Shown here: one piece after another, positions 8,656-18,598 of the stretch
How the letters are laid out: each line of letters starts with the position of its first letter
How positions within the stretch are numbered: position 1 is the stretch's first letter
Origin: an uncultured delta proteobacterium
Lineage (GTDB): Bacteria; Desulfobacterota; Desulfobaccia; Desulfobaccales; 0-14-0-80-60-11
Reading direction: 5' to 3'
Length of the DNA stretch: 64,000 nt
Assembly: GCA_963812015.1 (NCBI GenBank)
Contig: CAWETI010000003.1
Span: 1,088,001 to 1,152,000 of the forward strand
Translations under genes and position numbers: made by a program
Notes under the pieces: model-generated
Databases searched by the model: none
What the model was told of the DNA's origin: nothing
Seen by the model: only the letters and a program-made list of their open reading frames with translations

Positions 8656-9651
8656 TTATAGCTTCCGCCCGTGGGCCAGGCAGCGCCGGGCTTCGGCTAT
8701 CAGTTCCCGGCGGTAGTTCCGGGTGAGATAGAGGTTTCGGGCGATGCGCAACTCCGCCAGGGCCATGTAAAAGGGGTTGAGGCCATAGACGCGGCGAGTC
8801 AAAGCGGGGTCAAGGTCCATGGCCGTCAGGTAGGCCCGGAGAAATTGCCGGATGCCTTCTTCGGCCCCATGGAAATTTGAGGTTCGCCAGCCCCAGGCAT
8901 GTTTCAGTTCCCCGGCCACCCAGGACAGGTCCCAGAGGCGGTCGGCGGCGCGCAGCCGCTCCAGGTCCAGGGCCACGGCCCGGCCGTCGGGGAAGAGAAA
9001 GTTGGTGGGGGTGGCGTCGCCGTGAATCAGCACCTGCCGGTCGGGAAAATCCCGGAAGCGTTCCTCCCAAGCGCCGCGCTCGTGGGCCAGGGCCCGGCAG
9101 TCATCCCGGCTCAACAGGCCCGCCGCCTCTAACTGCCCCATCACCTTGTCCAGATAGGCCAGGGCGGGGTCGAGCAAAACCGGGCTGACCGGCACCGGCC
9201 GGGAGTGAAAAAAGGCCAGCAGGTGGGCCAGTTTTTCCAGACCCCGGGAGAGGGGCGCCGGGTCCCCGCCGACACTGGCCTTGAGCACGAGATGATCCAG
9301 GTCCGGGCCGGGTACGGCCTCCAGCAAGAGGCCCAGGGACCTCTCTGGCCAGCGGCCCAGGAGCCGGGGTACCAGGCGGCGGCCGTTGCCGAGGCCCAGG
9401 GCGGGGAGTTCCATATAGTTGGCATATTCCCGGGCCAGGCTTACATCCGAGGCAAGCTGGGGGGGATAGGCGGAAAAAAATTTCCCCACCACCGCGTAGT
9501 CGCCTTCCGGGAAGGTGAAGCGCAGCACCCGGCGGGAGGACCGCAGCGGTTCGACATACACCTCCCCGGCCGGGGGGTGAGAATCAGCTTCAGGCCCCAA
9601 GAGTTGCCGGAGGGCCCGGGCCAGGGGATCAGCGGCGGGTAACCGGGTCAT
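8656..9651 (-). CDS. Aminoglycoside/choline kinase-like phosphotransferase (APH family)
   Basis: LIHGDATPTNF, ALDLE; true start ATG 9651 overlaps the upstream stop (ATGA). Confidence 0.8.
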   Translation of the reverse strand: MTRLPAADPLARALRQLLGPEADSHPPAGEVYVEPLRSSRRVLRFTFPEGDYAVVGKFFSAYPPQLASDVSLAREYANYMELPALGLGNGRRLVPRLLGRWPERSLGLLLEAVPGPDLDHLVLKASVGGDPAPLSRGLEKLAHLLAFFHSRPVPVSPVLLDPALAYLDKVMGQLEAAGLLSRDDCRALAHERGAWEERFRDFPDRQVLIHGDATPTNFLFPDGRAVALDLERLRAADRLWDLSWVAGELKHAWGWRTSNFHGAEEGIRQFLRAYLTAMDLDPALTRRVYGLNPFYMALAELRIARNLYLTRNYRRELIAEARRCLAHGRKL

Positions 9652-10619
9652 GGCTGTTCCCGGGCCGCTTCCAGGGCGCAGCCCAAGGCGCCGTTGAATT
9701 GGGGGTGGGGCGGCACCACCACCTGATAATCGCCAAGGTCTCCCAACAGTTTCACCACGGCCCGGTTTTTGGCCACGCCCCCCACAAAGACCAGAGTGGG
9801 GCAGCGGTAGCGGCGTACCATGGCCAGGGCCCGGCGGGCCACGGAGGCGTTGACCCCGGCGGCGATGCGGGCGGGCGCCATCCCCTCCAGGAGGTGGCCC
9901 ACCAGTTCGGTTTCCCCAAAAATGGCGCAGGTCTGGGAGATGTCCGCCGGGTCCCGCCAGTGCCCCGCAAATTCCGTCAGGGGCATCTTGAGGAACCGGG
10001 CCATGTTTTCCAGGTAGCGCCCGGTGCCCGCGGCGCAACGGTCGTTGGTGAGAAAATCGAAGACCCGGCCCTCCCGGATATAGAGGACCTTGGTGTCCTG
10101 GCCCCCCATCTCCAACAGGATGAAGTGGTCCAGGCCCGTGACCCACCGGGCCCCCAGGAAATGGGCCCGGATTTCGGTGATGGTGGGGAAATGGGCCTTG
10201 AGGAGGTCCTTGCCATACCCCGTGGCCACCAGGGCCTCAGGGGGGGCCAGCCCCAGCCGGTCCCAATCGATGGACAACTGCCCTGCGGCCCGGACCAGAT
10301 AATCCCGGTAAAAGATGATGCTGTCCAGCTTCCGCCGCCCCCAAGCGCCCCGCCCCCGGGAATAGACCAACTTCACCGCCCGGCTGCCAAAGTCCAGGCC
10401 ATAGGTGAGCTTTTGAGAAGTGCGGGGGGAGGGGGCCAGGGGCGGACAGCCCCCTCCCCCGAGCCCCCTCCCCCAACCCCTTAAGGTTAGGCTTGAGCCG
10501 GAGAAGTCGGAGCCGACTTCTCCGGCGACCTTAAGCGGGTTGGGAGGGGGGATTGGGGGGAGGGGAGGGACCCCCGGTCCCTGGCCCTCCCCCCAAACTC
10601 TCTTAAGGCCGCAGGACAT
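9648..10619 (-). CDS. 2-hydroxyacyl-CoA dehydratase activase (BadF/BcrAD ATPase family), with a repeat-derived N-terminal insert
   Basis: GLDFGSR, ATGYG, EIRAH, GGQDTK, NDRCAAGTGRYLE, CAIFGE, GGVAKN. Confidence 0.88.
   Translation of the reverse strand: MSCGLKRVWGEGQGPGVPPLPPIPPPNPLKVAGEVGSDFSGSSLTLRGWGRGLGGGGCPPLAPSPRTSQKLTYGLDFGSRAVKLVYSRGRGAWGRRKLDSIIFYRDYLVRAAGQLSIDWDRLGLAPPEALVATGYGKDLLKAHFPTITEIRAHFLGARWVTGLDHFILLEMGGQDTKVLYIREGRVFDFLTNDRCAAGTGRYLENMARFLKMPLTEFAGHWRDPADISQTCAIFGETELVGHLLEGMAPARIAAGVNASVARRALAMVRRYRCPTLVFVGGVAKNRAVVKLLGDLGDYQVVVPPHPQFNGALGCALEAAREQP
10423..10600. repeat. Composite palindromic G/C-rich repeat inside the activase ORF
   Basis: Two inverted GGGGGAGGGG/CCCCTCCCCC arms with central hairpin GCCGGAGAAGTCGG-AG-CCGACTTCTCCGGC. 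Confidence 0.75.
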
Positions 10620-11610
10620 CGACGAAGGCCTCCAGGCGCATACGGGTGCGGGAATCGAGGGGGGTAGGGCGGTCCCCTTCGATGGTCAGGATAGGGAGGG
10701 GCAGTTGGTCCCTGAGGATCTGGTCGAACATCTGGCGGAAGCAGAAGCTCTGGGTGTAGTGCACCAGGCCGTCCAGGCGGCGGGTGGCCGCAGCCTCCCG
10801 GAGGTCCGCCAGGCGGCCCCAGATATCGTAGGGATAGGTATAGCGCAGGTATTGGTCCACCAGGTCGGCAGTCTCATAGGGCATGCTGAATTGCCGGGGA
10901 AATTCATGGAAGACCACGGCGGCGCCCAGTTCTTCCAGGTAGGCCCACAGGTCGGTGAAGATGGGCGGGATGCCGGCAAACCCCAGGCGCACCCGGCCAT
11001 TGGCCGGCGGCCGGCGCTCCGCCTCCTGGAGAAAAGCCGTAAGCTGTTGCTCGTAGGCGGTAAGGTCCGAGGCAAAATCCGAGGTGGCGATGAGCCACTG
11101 AAAATTCTCCCGGCCGCTTACCTGGCCGGTCTCCCAGGTGAGGCGGTCCAGGCGGCGCAGCTGCCGGCGCAGCGGCGCCAGGCGGGCCTGCACCCGGGCC
11201 ACCGCGTCGGGGGTGGCGCCAAGGCGGGCCATCAGGGTGGTGATTTCCCGGGCCAGTTGCTCCCGGTCCCGGGGATAGGGGAACTTGAAGTGGATGACCT
11301 CGATGGCCTCGGCCGTGAGGATTTCTCCCAAGGCCTGGGTATTGGAGCAGTCCCCCTGGCAGGCGGCGATGACCGCCCGGATCTCCGGGTGGGCCTTGAG
11401 AGCGGCATAGATCCCCTTGATCCAGGCGCAGAGGGTGCGGGGCAAGCCGGCGGCCTCGGCCTGGCTCACCCGGGCCAGGGCCGCAGGATCGGCAATGAAC
11501 AGGTTGTTCAGATCCACCGGGGTCAGGCCCGCGGCCAGCACCACCTCCACCGGGATAGTAGTGGTCAGGCCCAGCCGGGCGCCGGGAACGAAAGGCGAGG
11601 ATTGGCGCAT
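10603..11610 (-). CDS. 2-hydroxyacyl-CoA dehydratase subunit (HgdB/FldC D-component family)
   Basis: TTTIPVEV, LCAWIKG, GDCSNT, YTQSFCFR, IEGD, RLEAF. Confidence 0.88.
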   Translation of the reverse strand: MRQSSPFVPGARLGLTTTIPVEVVLAAGLTPVDLNNLFIADPAALARVSQAEAAGLPRTLCAWIKGIYAALKAHPEIRAVIAACQGDCSNTQALGEILTAEAIEVIHFKFPYPRDREQLAREITTLMARLGATPDAVARVQARLAPLRRQLRRLDRLTWETGQVSGRENFQWLIATSDFASDLTAYEQQLTAFLQEAERRPPANGRVRLGFAGIPPIFTDLWAYLEELGAAVVFHEFPRQFSMPYETADLVDQYLRYTYPYDIWGRLADLREAAATRRLDGLVHYTQSFCFRQMFDQILRDQLPLPILTIEGDRPTPLDSRTRMRLEAFVDVLRP

Positions 11611-11622
11611 GACGTCACTCTA

Positions 11623-12327
11623 TCAAGGCACTTCGCCTTCCTGCAAGTTAACTTCCTGCAAGCCTCCGGTTTCGGAGAGGCTGCGGATCACCTGCTTGAA
11701 AATTATCGTATCCTTGCTCTGCAGGTGTATGCGATAGGTCGTCAGGTTACTGGGCGGCTCCAGGGTATAGTTGATGAACTGGATGCTGATGCGATAGCTT
11801 TTGAGGATCTGCCTGATCCGGTCCAGGGGGTCCTCCACCCCGTGATATTTCAAGGTCAGGATGGTGAACAGATCGTGGGCGAAGATCTTTTTAATGAGGC
11901 GCAGGGCGTATAGGATAATTATGCTGATCATTGCGGCAAACAGGGCCGGGATGAGATACCCGGCGCCGATGGCCAGGCCGAGACCGGTGACCAGCCAGAG
12001 GCCCGCGGCGGTGGTCAGGCCCCGCACCGAGCCTTTGCCGGTGATGATGGCGCCGGCCCCGAGAAAACCCATGCTGGCGATGGCATAGGAGGCGATCCGG
12101 GCCGGGTCCAGCCGCACCACCGATTGGTCCACGGCCAGGTGCCGATGGATTTCCTCCATTTCCAGGGACAGCATCATCATGAGGCAGGAGCCCACGGCGA
12201 CCAGGATGAAGGTCCTGAGCCCCGCGGCCTGGCCATGGGCCTCCCGTTCAAAGCCGATGGCCGCTCCGACGAGAGCGGCGATGATCAGCCTGGCCAACTC
12301 CCAGGTAACATGGTTCAAGTCCCACAT
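11623..12327 (-). CDS. MgtC/SapB family membrane protein
   Basis: IGFERE, AGLRT, DPARIA, GFLGAG, GLTTAAGLW. Confidence 0.92.
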   Translation of the reverse strand: MWDLNHVTWELARLIIAALVGAAIGFEREAHGQAAGLRTFILVAVGSCLMMMLSLEMEEIHRHLAVDQSVVRLDPARIASYAIASMGFLGAGAIITGKGSVRGLTTAAGLWLVTGLGLAIGAGYLIPALFAAMISIIILYALRLIKKIFAHDLFTILTLKYHGVEDPLDRIRQILKSYRISIQFINYTLEPPSNLTTYRIHLQSKDTIIFKQVIRSLSETGGLQEVNLQEGEVP

Positions 12328-12449
12328 AATCCACTCCTTGGCGTGCCATTGACATTAATCCCCGGAAGGGGAGGTAAAGGCGCAGGCGGGCAAAAAGGGG
12401 CGGCCGGGGTATTGATCCGAAGAGGGCAGGAAAGGGTTTTAAGCCGCAT

Positions 12450-13679
12450 TCAGATAAAACTCCGGCTACAGCAGCGGGCGCATCCGGGGAAGAGACGGCG
12501 GACAATGATCTGCCGGAAGCTGCGCATCTTGGGACCATTCCAAATCTCCTGAAACGGTTGGGTCGCGATATTGCCGGCCGCCAGGTGGAGGCAAGGCGAG
12601 ACGGTGCCGTCAGGCAAAATCCGTGAGCCCTTCCACGGGGCGCTGCACACCTGGGGGAAGGGATGGGTCAGGTCCAGGTAATAGGGTTCCAGGAGTTCCA
12701 GGGGCAGGTTCGGCAAAAAGAGGAGCTTCACCCGGCCTTTGGCCAGTCGCCGGACCTCCTGGAGCTTGTCCAGCAATTGTGGCAGGTCGGTGGGGGTGAT
12801 TGCGCTCTCATAGTATTCGCCTTCGGGGATGGAGGGGGGGGTCAGGTCCAGTCCCTGGCTGGCCGCAAACTCAGGGGACAGCGCCCGGTTGTGACGCTGG
12901 ACGTTGGCGGCGGTATTGAAGATGGTGTGCTGAATCTGGAGGATATCCGCCCCCAACTCGTGGGCCAGGGGGACCATCTGATCCAGGGTGGCCAGGCTGG
13001 CTTTGGAAATGACACAATTGACCCCGATGATGGGACCGGGGGAGCGCTGCCGGTTCCGGGCGGCCACCAAGGCCTTGATGCCGGCGCAGGTTTTCCGGAA
13101 GACCCCCTCCTGTCCCCGGATGGCGTCATGGACCTCGGGGGGGCCGTCCAGGGAGACCGTCACCAACTCCACGCCCTGGGACACCAGGGTGTCGGCCACC
13201 CGGTCCAGCAAGGTGCCGTTGGTCTGGAGCTGCACCACAAAGCCCCGCTGTTTGGCTGCCTTGATGAATTCAGGGAAATGGGGGTACAAGGTGGGTTCGC
13301 CGCCGGTGAGATAGAGCCGGGGCCGGAAGGCAGCCACCTGATCCAGGAGGTTGAGCCAGATGGAGAGGGGCAGCTCCTGGCGGGGGTCATACCAGCTCAG
13401 CCCGGTGGGGCCGGGAGTGTGGCGGTGCTGCTCGCACATGACGCATTTCAGGTTGCAGCGCCGGGTGAGGTGGAGGTTGAGATTCGCCGGCGGGCCGCTC
13501 CATCCATTTCGGAAGCGGCGGTCCAGGGCAATGCCGAAGTTACGGCGGTAGGCCTCCCTCAGCAGGTTGTAAACCCAGCGGGGGTTTTGCCACATGAGCT
13601 GCAAGGCCCGGGTGGACAGAGAGTGCCTGGGGGAAGCCGGGGCGGTTTGACGCCCCGGGTCTAATGGCCGAGTCGGCAT
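12450..13679 (-). CDS. Radical SAM protein with SPASM/twitch domain
   Basis: CNLKCVMC, TGGEP, QTNGT, SLDG; C-terminal CSAPW..GTVSPC..CARCC. Confidence 0.9.
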   Translation of the reverse strand: MPTRPLDPGRQTAPASPRHSLSTRALQLMWQNPRWVYNLLREAYRRNFGIALDRRFRNGWSGPPANLNLHLTRRCNLKCVMCEQHRHTPGPTGLSWYDPRQELPLSIWLNLLDQVAAFRPRLYLTGGEPTLYPHFPEFIKAAKQRGFVVQLQTNGTLLDRVADTLVSQGVELVTVSLDGPPEVHDAIRGQEGVFRKTCAGIKALVAARNRQRSPGPIIGVNCVISKASLATLDQMVPLAHELGADILQIQHTIFNTAANVQRHNRALSPEFAASQGLDLTPPSIPEGEYYESAITPTDLPQLLDKLQEVRRLAKGRVKLLFLPNLPLELLEPYYLDLTHPFPQVCSAPWKGSRILPDGTVSPCLHLAAGNIATQPFQEIWNGPKMRSFRQIIVRRLFPGCARCCSRSFI

Positions 13680-13832
13680 CGGTTATCTCACCTCAATACC
13701 ACAAGTCATGGCCCGGGGGCCACAACCAAAGATGCAGCGATCTGGTGGCGGGCCCGGAAGCCCACCCCACCCTTAAAGGGCGGTATTCGCCGTGGAGACG
13801 GGCGTCCCTGGCCCCCATCCATCTGGAAAGCC

Positions 13833-14516
13833 TCACTGCCGCCGGCCGAAGATGGCGGTGCCCACCCGGACCAGGGTGGCCCCTTCTTCCACCGCGACCG
13901 CGAAATCGCCGGACATGCCCATGGAGAGTTCCGGCAGGGGCAGGCCGCTCAGGCCCCGCAGCCGGTCCCGCAGTTCCCGCAAGCTCCGGAAGTAAGGGCG
14001 CGCCGCCTCCGGATCGGAAAACCACGGCGGCATGGTCATCAGGCCTAAAAGACGCAGGTGGGGGAGCCGGGCGACCTCCTGGACCAGTTCCCTTGCTGCT
14101 TCCGGCGCCACCCCGGATTTCGTGTCTTCGCCCCCCTGATTGACCTGGATGAGGACGTCCTGGACCTTGCCCAGCCGGGCCGCGGCGCTATCCAGGGCCC
14201 GGGCCAGTTTGCCCCGGTCCACCCCGTGGATCAGGTCGAAGAGTTCCACGGCGGGTTTGGCCTTGTTGGTTTGCAGATGGCCCACCAGATGCCAGCCCAC
14301 CTGCCGCCCCAGGATGTCGATCTTGTCCTTGGCCTCCTGAAGATAGTTCTCCCCAAAAAGGTTTTGGCCCGCGTCAATGGCGGCCCGAATCCGGTCCAGG
14401 TCCACGGTCTTGCTCACCGCTACCAGGCGCACCTCGCCGGGGTCCCGGCCGGCTCGCCGGCAGGCCTCGGTTATGGCGTTCCGAACTTCTGCCAGATTTT
14501 GGGCGATTTGGGTCAC
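13833..14516 (-). CDS. yggS: PLP homeostasis protein YggS
   Basis: VAVSKT, GENYLQE, GHLQTNK, LSMGMSGD, VRVGTAIFG. Confidence 0.95.
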   Translation of the reverse strand: MTQIAQNLAEVRNAITEACRRAGRDPGEVRLVAVSKTVDLDRIRAAIDAGQNLFGENYLQEAKDKIDILGRQVGWHLVGHLQTNKAKPAVELFDLIHGVDRGKLARALDSAAARLGKVQDVLIQVNQGGEDTKSGVAPEAARELVQEVARLPHLRLLGLMTMPPWFSDPEAARPYFRSLRELRDRLRGLSGLPLPELSMGMSGDFAVAVEEGATLVRVGTAIFGRRQ

Positions 14517-14603
14517 GGCAGTTCCGGCTCTTATCGTTCAGCCAAAAAGGATAGAAAATTGGCTAAGCGGTGGGGGGTCAGCTGAAATGACTTGCTAATG
14601 CAT

Positions 14604-15188
14604 CTACAAAATATAGGTATTTCCAAATTCATAGCCAATGAAATTAGAACCTCCATCGTGTTTTTCACCGACATGTAAAAGGCGCGGAGTCGGGAATAAC
14701 TCTCCTTCTTCAGCTTTTTCTTTGTAAAGATAAAGAACCATAATGAATAATCCGCTTACCGCATTAAGAGCATTTTTTAGATTGGCCTGATGATATTCAG
14801 CGTCCCTGTGATGTTTTATTTTGTTATAGGCAGTCCACCAGTCAGGTGGATTATTTGGCACATTCCAATTACTCCATGGGGCTAGCGTTAGGCCATATCT
14901 CGGCAGCAAAACTTTAAAATCAGGAATAGTAGGGTAAGATGCCAGGATTTCATTCTGGTAGGGGTGTATCCGGTCTGCAGAGGACCTTGGATTCAGTTTT
15001 TTACAGATTTGTTTGCACACAACGTCGACTTCTGCCCCCGATGTCAGTAAAATTCTTGAAATTTCTATTGAAAAACAGTCGAAGTTCCTTTCGTCAAACT
15101 CAATAAATCTGGATAAACGTCCCAAGTCACCTTCGATTGCAAGAAGGTAGTTCCAATGAGTTTCGATCTTTTTAAATGTGATAGCCAT
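14604..15188 (-). CDS. Hypothetical protein (AT-rich gene)
   Basis: 194 aa ORF in visibly AT-rich DNA; WWTAYNKIKH motif. Confidence 0.7.
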   Translation of the reverse strand: MAITFKKIETHWNYLLAIEGDLGRLSRFIEFDERNFDCFSIEISRILLTSGAEVDVVCKQICKKLNPRSSADRIHPYQNEILASYPTIPDFKVLLPRYGLTLAPWSNWNVPNNPPDWWTAYNKIKHHRDAEYHQANLKNALNAVSGLFIMVLYLYKEKAEEGELFPTPRLLHVGEKHDGGSNFIGYEFGNTYIL

Positions 15189-15207
15189 GATTTAAACTGC
15201 TCACATA

Positions 15208-15278
15208 ATGTAGGGTGGGCATCGCCCAACAATAATTGAAGACAGATTAATCTATGGCGGGCAGTGCCCGCCCTACAT
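15208..15278. repeat. GTAG-type REP pair (inverted)
   Basis: ATGTAGGGTGGGCATCGCCCA ... GGCGGGCAGTGCCCGCCCTACAT; related single copy GTAGGGGCGGTTCGCGAACCGCCCCT at 28458-28483. Confidence 0.7.
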
Positions 15279-16074
15279 ATTCCTCTAAAACTTCTTCCTC
15301 TGTCAACCCGAAGACCGCCAGGGTATTCTCCCAGGTCTGAGCCGCCACCTCCTCCAGGGTCAGGCCCCGGATATCGGCCAGCTTCTGGGCCGTGGCCACC
15401 ACATAGGCCGGTTCATTCCGCTTGCCCCGCCAGGGTTGGGGAGTCAGATAGGGACAGTCGGTCTCCACCAGGATCCGGTCCAGGGGGACTTTCTGAGCCA
15501 CCTGGCGCAAAGGGTCGGCCTTGGGGTAGGTCAGAGGTCCGGCAAAGGAGAGGTAAAAACCCAGGTCCAGAAAGGCGTGGGCCTCCGTCAGACTCCCCCC
15601 GAAACAGTGCATGACGCCGCCGGCCAGGCGGCCTCGGTAATCCTGGAGGATCGACAGGGTGACGGGGGTGGCCTCCCGGGTGTGGATAACCACGACTTTT
15701 TTATGGGCGATGGCGAACTCCAATTGCTGGCGGAACCAGTACTGCTGGACCTCTTCCGGCGAGCGGCGCCGATAGAAATCCAGCCCGATCTCCCCGATGG
15801 CAACGACTTTGGGGTCCGCAACCAGGGGGACCAGGGCCTCCAGGTCCGCCTGGGTCATGGCGCCGGCGCCGTGGGGATGGACCCCGATGACGGCGACGAT
15901 GCCGGGAGACTGCTGTGCAGTGGCGATAACCTGGGGGGCGTCGGCCAGACCGATGGCCACGTTGATCACCAGGCGCACCCCGGCCTGCCGGGCCCGGCGC
16001 AGGACCGCGGCTTGGTCGGGAAAGTGATCCTCCAGATCCAAATGTGCGTGAGAGTCAGCCAGGCGGATAGTCAT
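15247..16074 (-). CDS. tatD: TatD family hydrolase
   Basis: DSHAH, GVHPH, GEIGLD, IHTRE, VMHCF, ETDCPY; start taken at ATG 16074. Confidence 0.93.
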   Translation of the reverse strand: MTIRLADSHAHLDLEDHFPDQAAVLRRARQAGVRLVINVAIGLADAPQVIATAQQSPGIVAVIGVHPHGAGAMTQADLEALVPLVADPKVVAIGEIGLDFYRRRSPEEVQQYWFRQQLEFAIAHKKVVVIHTREATPVTLSILQDYRGRLAGGVMHCFGGSLTEAHAFLDLGFYLSFAGPLTYPKADPLRQVAQKVPLDRILVETDCPYLTPQPWRGKRNEPAYVVATAQKLADIRGLTLEEVAAQTWENTLAVFGLTEEEVLEEYVGRALPAID

Positions 16075-16148
16075 ATCTTCAAGCTTGTGGACAATTTCCC
16101 TCTGCATGGTAAAATATACGAAATTTCTCCGGGCTGCAAGGAGAGGTA

Positions 16149-16985
16149 GTGGCCGCCAGGGTTTTTGCTCTTGTTGTTGTCGGATGGCTCGTGTTAGGGG
16201 CAGCTCTGTCAGCGGGGGCGGCGGGTTTGACGCATACCCCCGTTCAATGGCAGGCAATCGGCCGGGGGCTTAACCTTACCCAGGTGGAGGTCCTCCAGGA
16301 TGGTGAGGTGGTATCCGGCCTGGCGGTGGTAAAGATCGACCCCGCTTCCAATTCGTTCCGGGTGTTTCACGGCTCGCCCCGGCCCATAACCAAGTGGCAG
16401 GAGGGGATCCAGGCCCCCATCGTGTTTAATGCCAGCTATTATAAAGGCGACGGCCAGCCCTGCGGCCTCATGATTGCGGACGGCAAGCCCATCGGCCCTT
16501 CCCGCAACCCGCAGATGCGGGGGATGTTCGTGGCGGAACCCCAGGGCATGTCCCCGGACCTGCCCCGGGCCACTATCCTGGATTTGCTCACCACCCCGAT
16601 TGACCCGAAAAAATTACCCTGGACCCAAGGAGTGCAATCCTTTCCGTTGTTGCTGGACTATAAAGGGAAGATCAGGGTAAGAAACAGCGAGAAAAGGTCC
16701 CACCGCACGGTGATCGCCACGGACCGCAACGGTAATATCCTGGTGTTCAACACCTCCAACAGATTTTTTACCTTGTATGAGTTTGCCGAGTTCCTGAAGG
16801 GGAGCGCCTTCGCTATTGATTCCGCCCTGAACCTGGATGGCGGCACGGAAGCGCAACTCCTGATCAAAACCAAGGATTTTGAGTTTTATTCTCCCCCAAC
16901 CTGGGAAAAATCCATCGGCAACCTCATCGATGAGCAGAAGTTCTGGTTGCCCAGTGTAGTGGGGGTGTTTCCGCACCCGGATTGA
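16149..16985 (+). CDS. Phosphodiester glycosidase (NAGPA/DUF2233) family exported protein
   Basis: Signal peptide, FNASYY, RTVIA, ALNLDGG. Confidence 0.8.
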   Translation: MAARVFALVVVGWLVLGAALSAGAAGLTHTPVQWQAIGRGLNLTQVEVLQDGEVVSGLAVVKIDPASNSFRVFHGSPRPITKWQEGIQAPIVFNASYYKGDGQPCGLMIADGKPIGPSRNPQMRGMFVAEPQGMSPDLPRATILDLLTTPIDPKKLPWTQGVQSFPLLLDYKGKIRVRNSEKRSHRTVIATDRNGNILVFNTSNRFFTLYEFAEFLKGSAFAIDSALNLDGGTEAQLLIKTKDFEFYSPPTWEKSIGNLIDEQKFWLPSVVGVFPHPD

Positions 16986-17650
16986 TCCCCATGGCCAACT
17001 ACCTTATTCTGGGGGCCGGAAAATTTGGCCGGCTGGCCCTCGAACGCCTGACCCGGCTGGATACCGCCGGCAGTTTCCTGGTGGTGGATCGCGACCCGGG
17101 GGTTGGGGTTGACGGCGGTCCGGGCCGGCAGTGGGTGCAGGCAGAGGCCATCGCCTTTCTGGTGCAGCATCTGGGAACCGACTGCCGGTGGGACTGGATC
17201 ATCCCCATGGTGCCGGTGCATGTGGCCTATGGTTGGCTCATGGCGGGCCCCCTGGCCGGGTCGGCCTGGCGGCCGGCGGCGGTGCCGGAGGCATTGGCGG
17301 GTTTGGTTCCCGGGGCCCGGCGCGGTCCGGCAGGTGAGCTTTTTCTGAGCCGGGCCCAACACCTGTGCCCGGATGACTGCGCCGAACCGGAGGTCTGTCC
17401 CGTTACCGGGGAATCCCGGGAACCCTCGCTTCACCAGGAACTGGCCTCTCTCAATCTGGCCGGCTGGGAGATCAGGGTGATTCCCAGCCGGCAACTGGCC
17501 CCGGGGGTGGGGGGGTATCCCCCAGGGCGGTTGTTGGAACTAGCCCGGGATGTGGCCGCCCTTGAGGACAAAGTTTTGATCGCCACGGCCTGCCGCTGTC
17601 ACGGGGTCATACAGGGTCTGGCCAAGAGGTCTTATAGGAAGAATGTTTAA
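16982..17650 (+). CDS. Rossmann (TrkA-N-like) protein with Cys-rich C-terminus
   Basis: [19 protein letters not shown] and TACRCHG. Confidence 0.65.
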   Translation: MIPMANYLILGAGKFGRLALERLTRLDTAGSFLVVDRDPGVGVDGGPGRQWVQAEAIAFLVQHLGTDCRWDWIIPMVPVHVAYGWLMAGPLAGSAWRPAAVPEALAGLVPGARRGPAGELFLSRAQHLCPDDCAEPEVCPVTGESREPSLHQELASLNLAGWEIRVIPSRQLAPGVGGYPPGRLLELARDVAALEDKVLIATACRCHGVIQGLAKRSYRKNV

Positions 17651-18590
17651 CTTTTCCGGTATCTTAGGGTCATCGCCGCGTATCCGGGAGATTTTCCAGC
17701 TCCTGGAGATGGTGGCCCCTTCTGAGGCCACGGTGCTGCTCCTGGGAGAAACCGGGACCGGCAAAGAGTTGGTGGCCCAGGCCATCCACCGGAATAGTCC
17801 CCGGGCGGCGGGTCCCTTCGTGGCGGTCAACTGCGCCGCCTTGCCCGAAACTCTGCTGGAGAGCGAACTCTTCGGCCATGAACGGGGGGCCTTCACCGGG
17901 GCCACCAGCCGCAAAGACGGACGCTTCCTCCTGGCGAACCGCGGCACTTTGTTTCTGGATGAAATCGCTGAACTCAGCCTGCCCATCCAGGCCAAGATCC
18001 TCAGGGTCTTGCAGGCCCGGGAGTTCGAACCCCTGGGGAGCAATCGCACCCTGAAGGTGGAGGTGCGTATCATCGCGGCCACCAACCGGGACCTGGAAAA
18101 AATGGTCCGGGAGGGCCGGTTCCGGGACGACCTCTATTATCGTCTCAATGTGTTCCCCGTGGTGATGCCGCCTCTGCGGAAGCGCCTGGATGACCTGCCC
18201 GCCCTGGCGGAATTCTTCCTCAAGAAATACGGCGAGAAGAACCGACGGAAAGTTATCTCCCTGGCGCCAGAGGTGCTTGAGGCGTTCCGGCGCTTCCCCT
18301 GGCCGGGAAACATCCGGGAGTTGGAAAACGTCATTGAACGAGGCGTGATCGTCTGCCAGGGGGACGTCCTCACCCTGGAGGATTTGCCCCCGGCCTTGCA
18401 GCAACAGGGCGGTTGGCCGGCGGCGGACGACGAAACCGAGCCGGGATTGCCCGAACTGGAACGGCAATTGATCAGCCGCACCCTGGAGCGGGTGGCCGGC
18501 CAGCGCCGGCGGGCCGCTGAAATCCTGGGAATCTCCCTGGATGAATTGAACCTCAAGATCAGGTCCTATGGGCTGCAGGAGCGAGGCTAA
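17643..18590 (+). CDS. Sigma-54-dependent transcriptional activator (AAA+ and Fis HTH, no sensor domain)
   Basis: [42 protein letters not shown]-terminal AAEILGIS. Confidence 0.92.
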   Translation: MFNFSGILGSSPRIREIFQLLEMVAPSEATVLLLGETGTGKELVAQAIHRNSPRAAGPFVAVNCAALPETLLESELFGHERGAFTGATSRKDGRFLLANRGTLFLDEIAELSLPIQAKILRVLQAREFEPLGSNRTLKVEVRIIAATNRDLEKMVREGRFRDDLYYRLNVFPVVMPPLRKRLDDLPALAEFFLKKYGEKNRRKVISLAPEVLEAFRRFPWPGNIRELENVIERGVIVCQGDVLTLEDLPPALQQQGGWPAADDETEPGLPELERQLISRTLERVAGQRRRAAEILGISLDELNLKIRSYGLQERG

Positions 18591-18598
18591 ACCCGGCA

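Noticed and set aside
8656..10146. 496-aa ORF as given in the track
   Set aside because: The N-terminal part overlaps the activase in another frame; the real kinase starts at 9651
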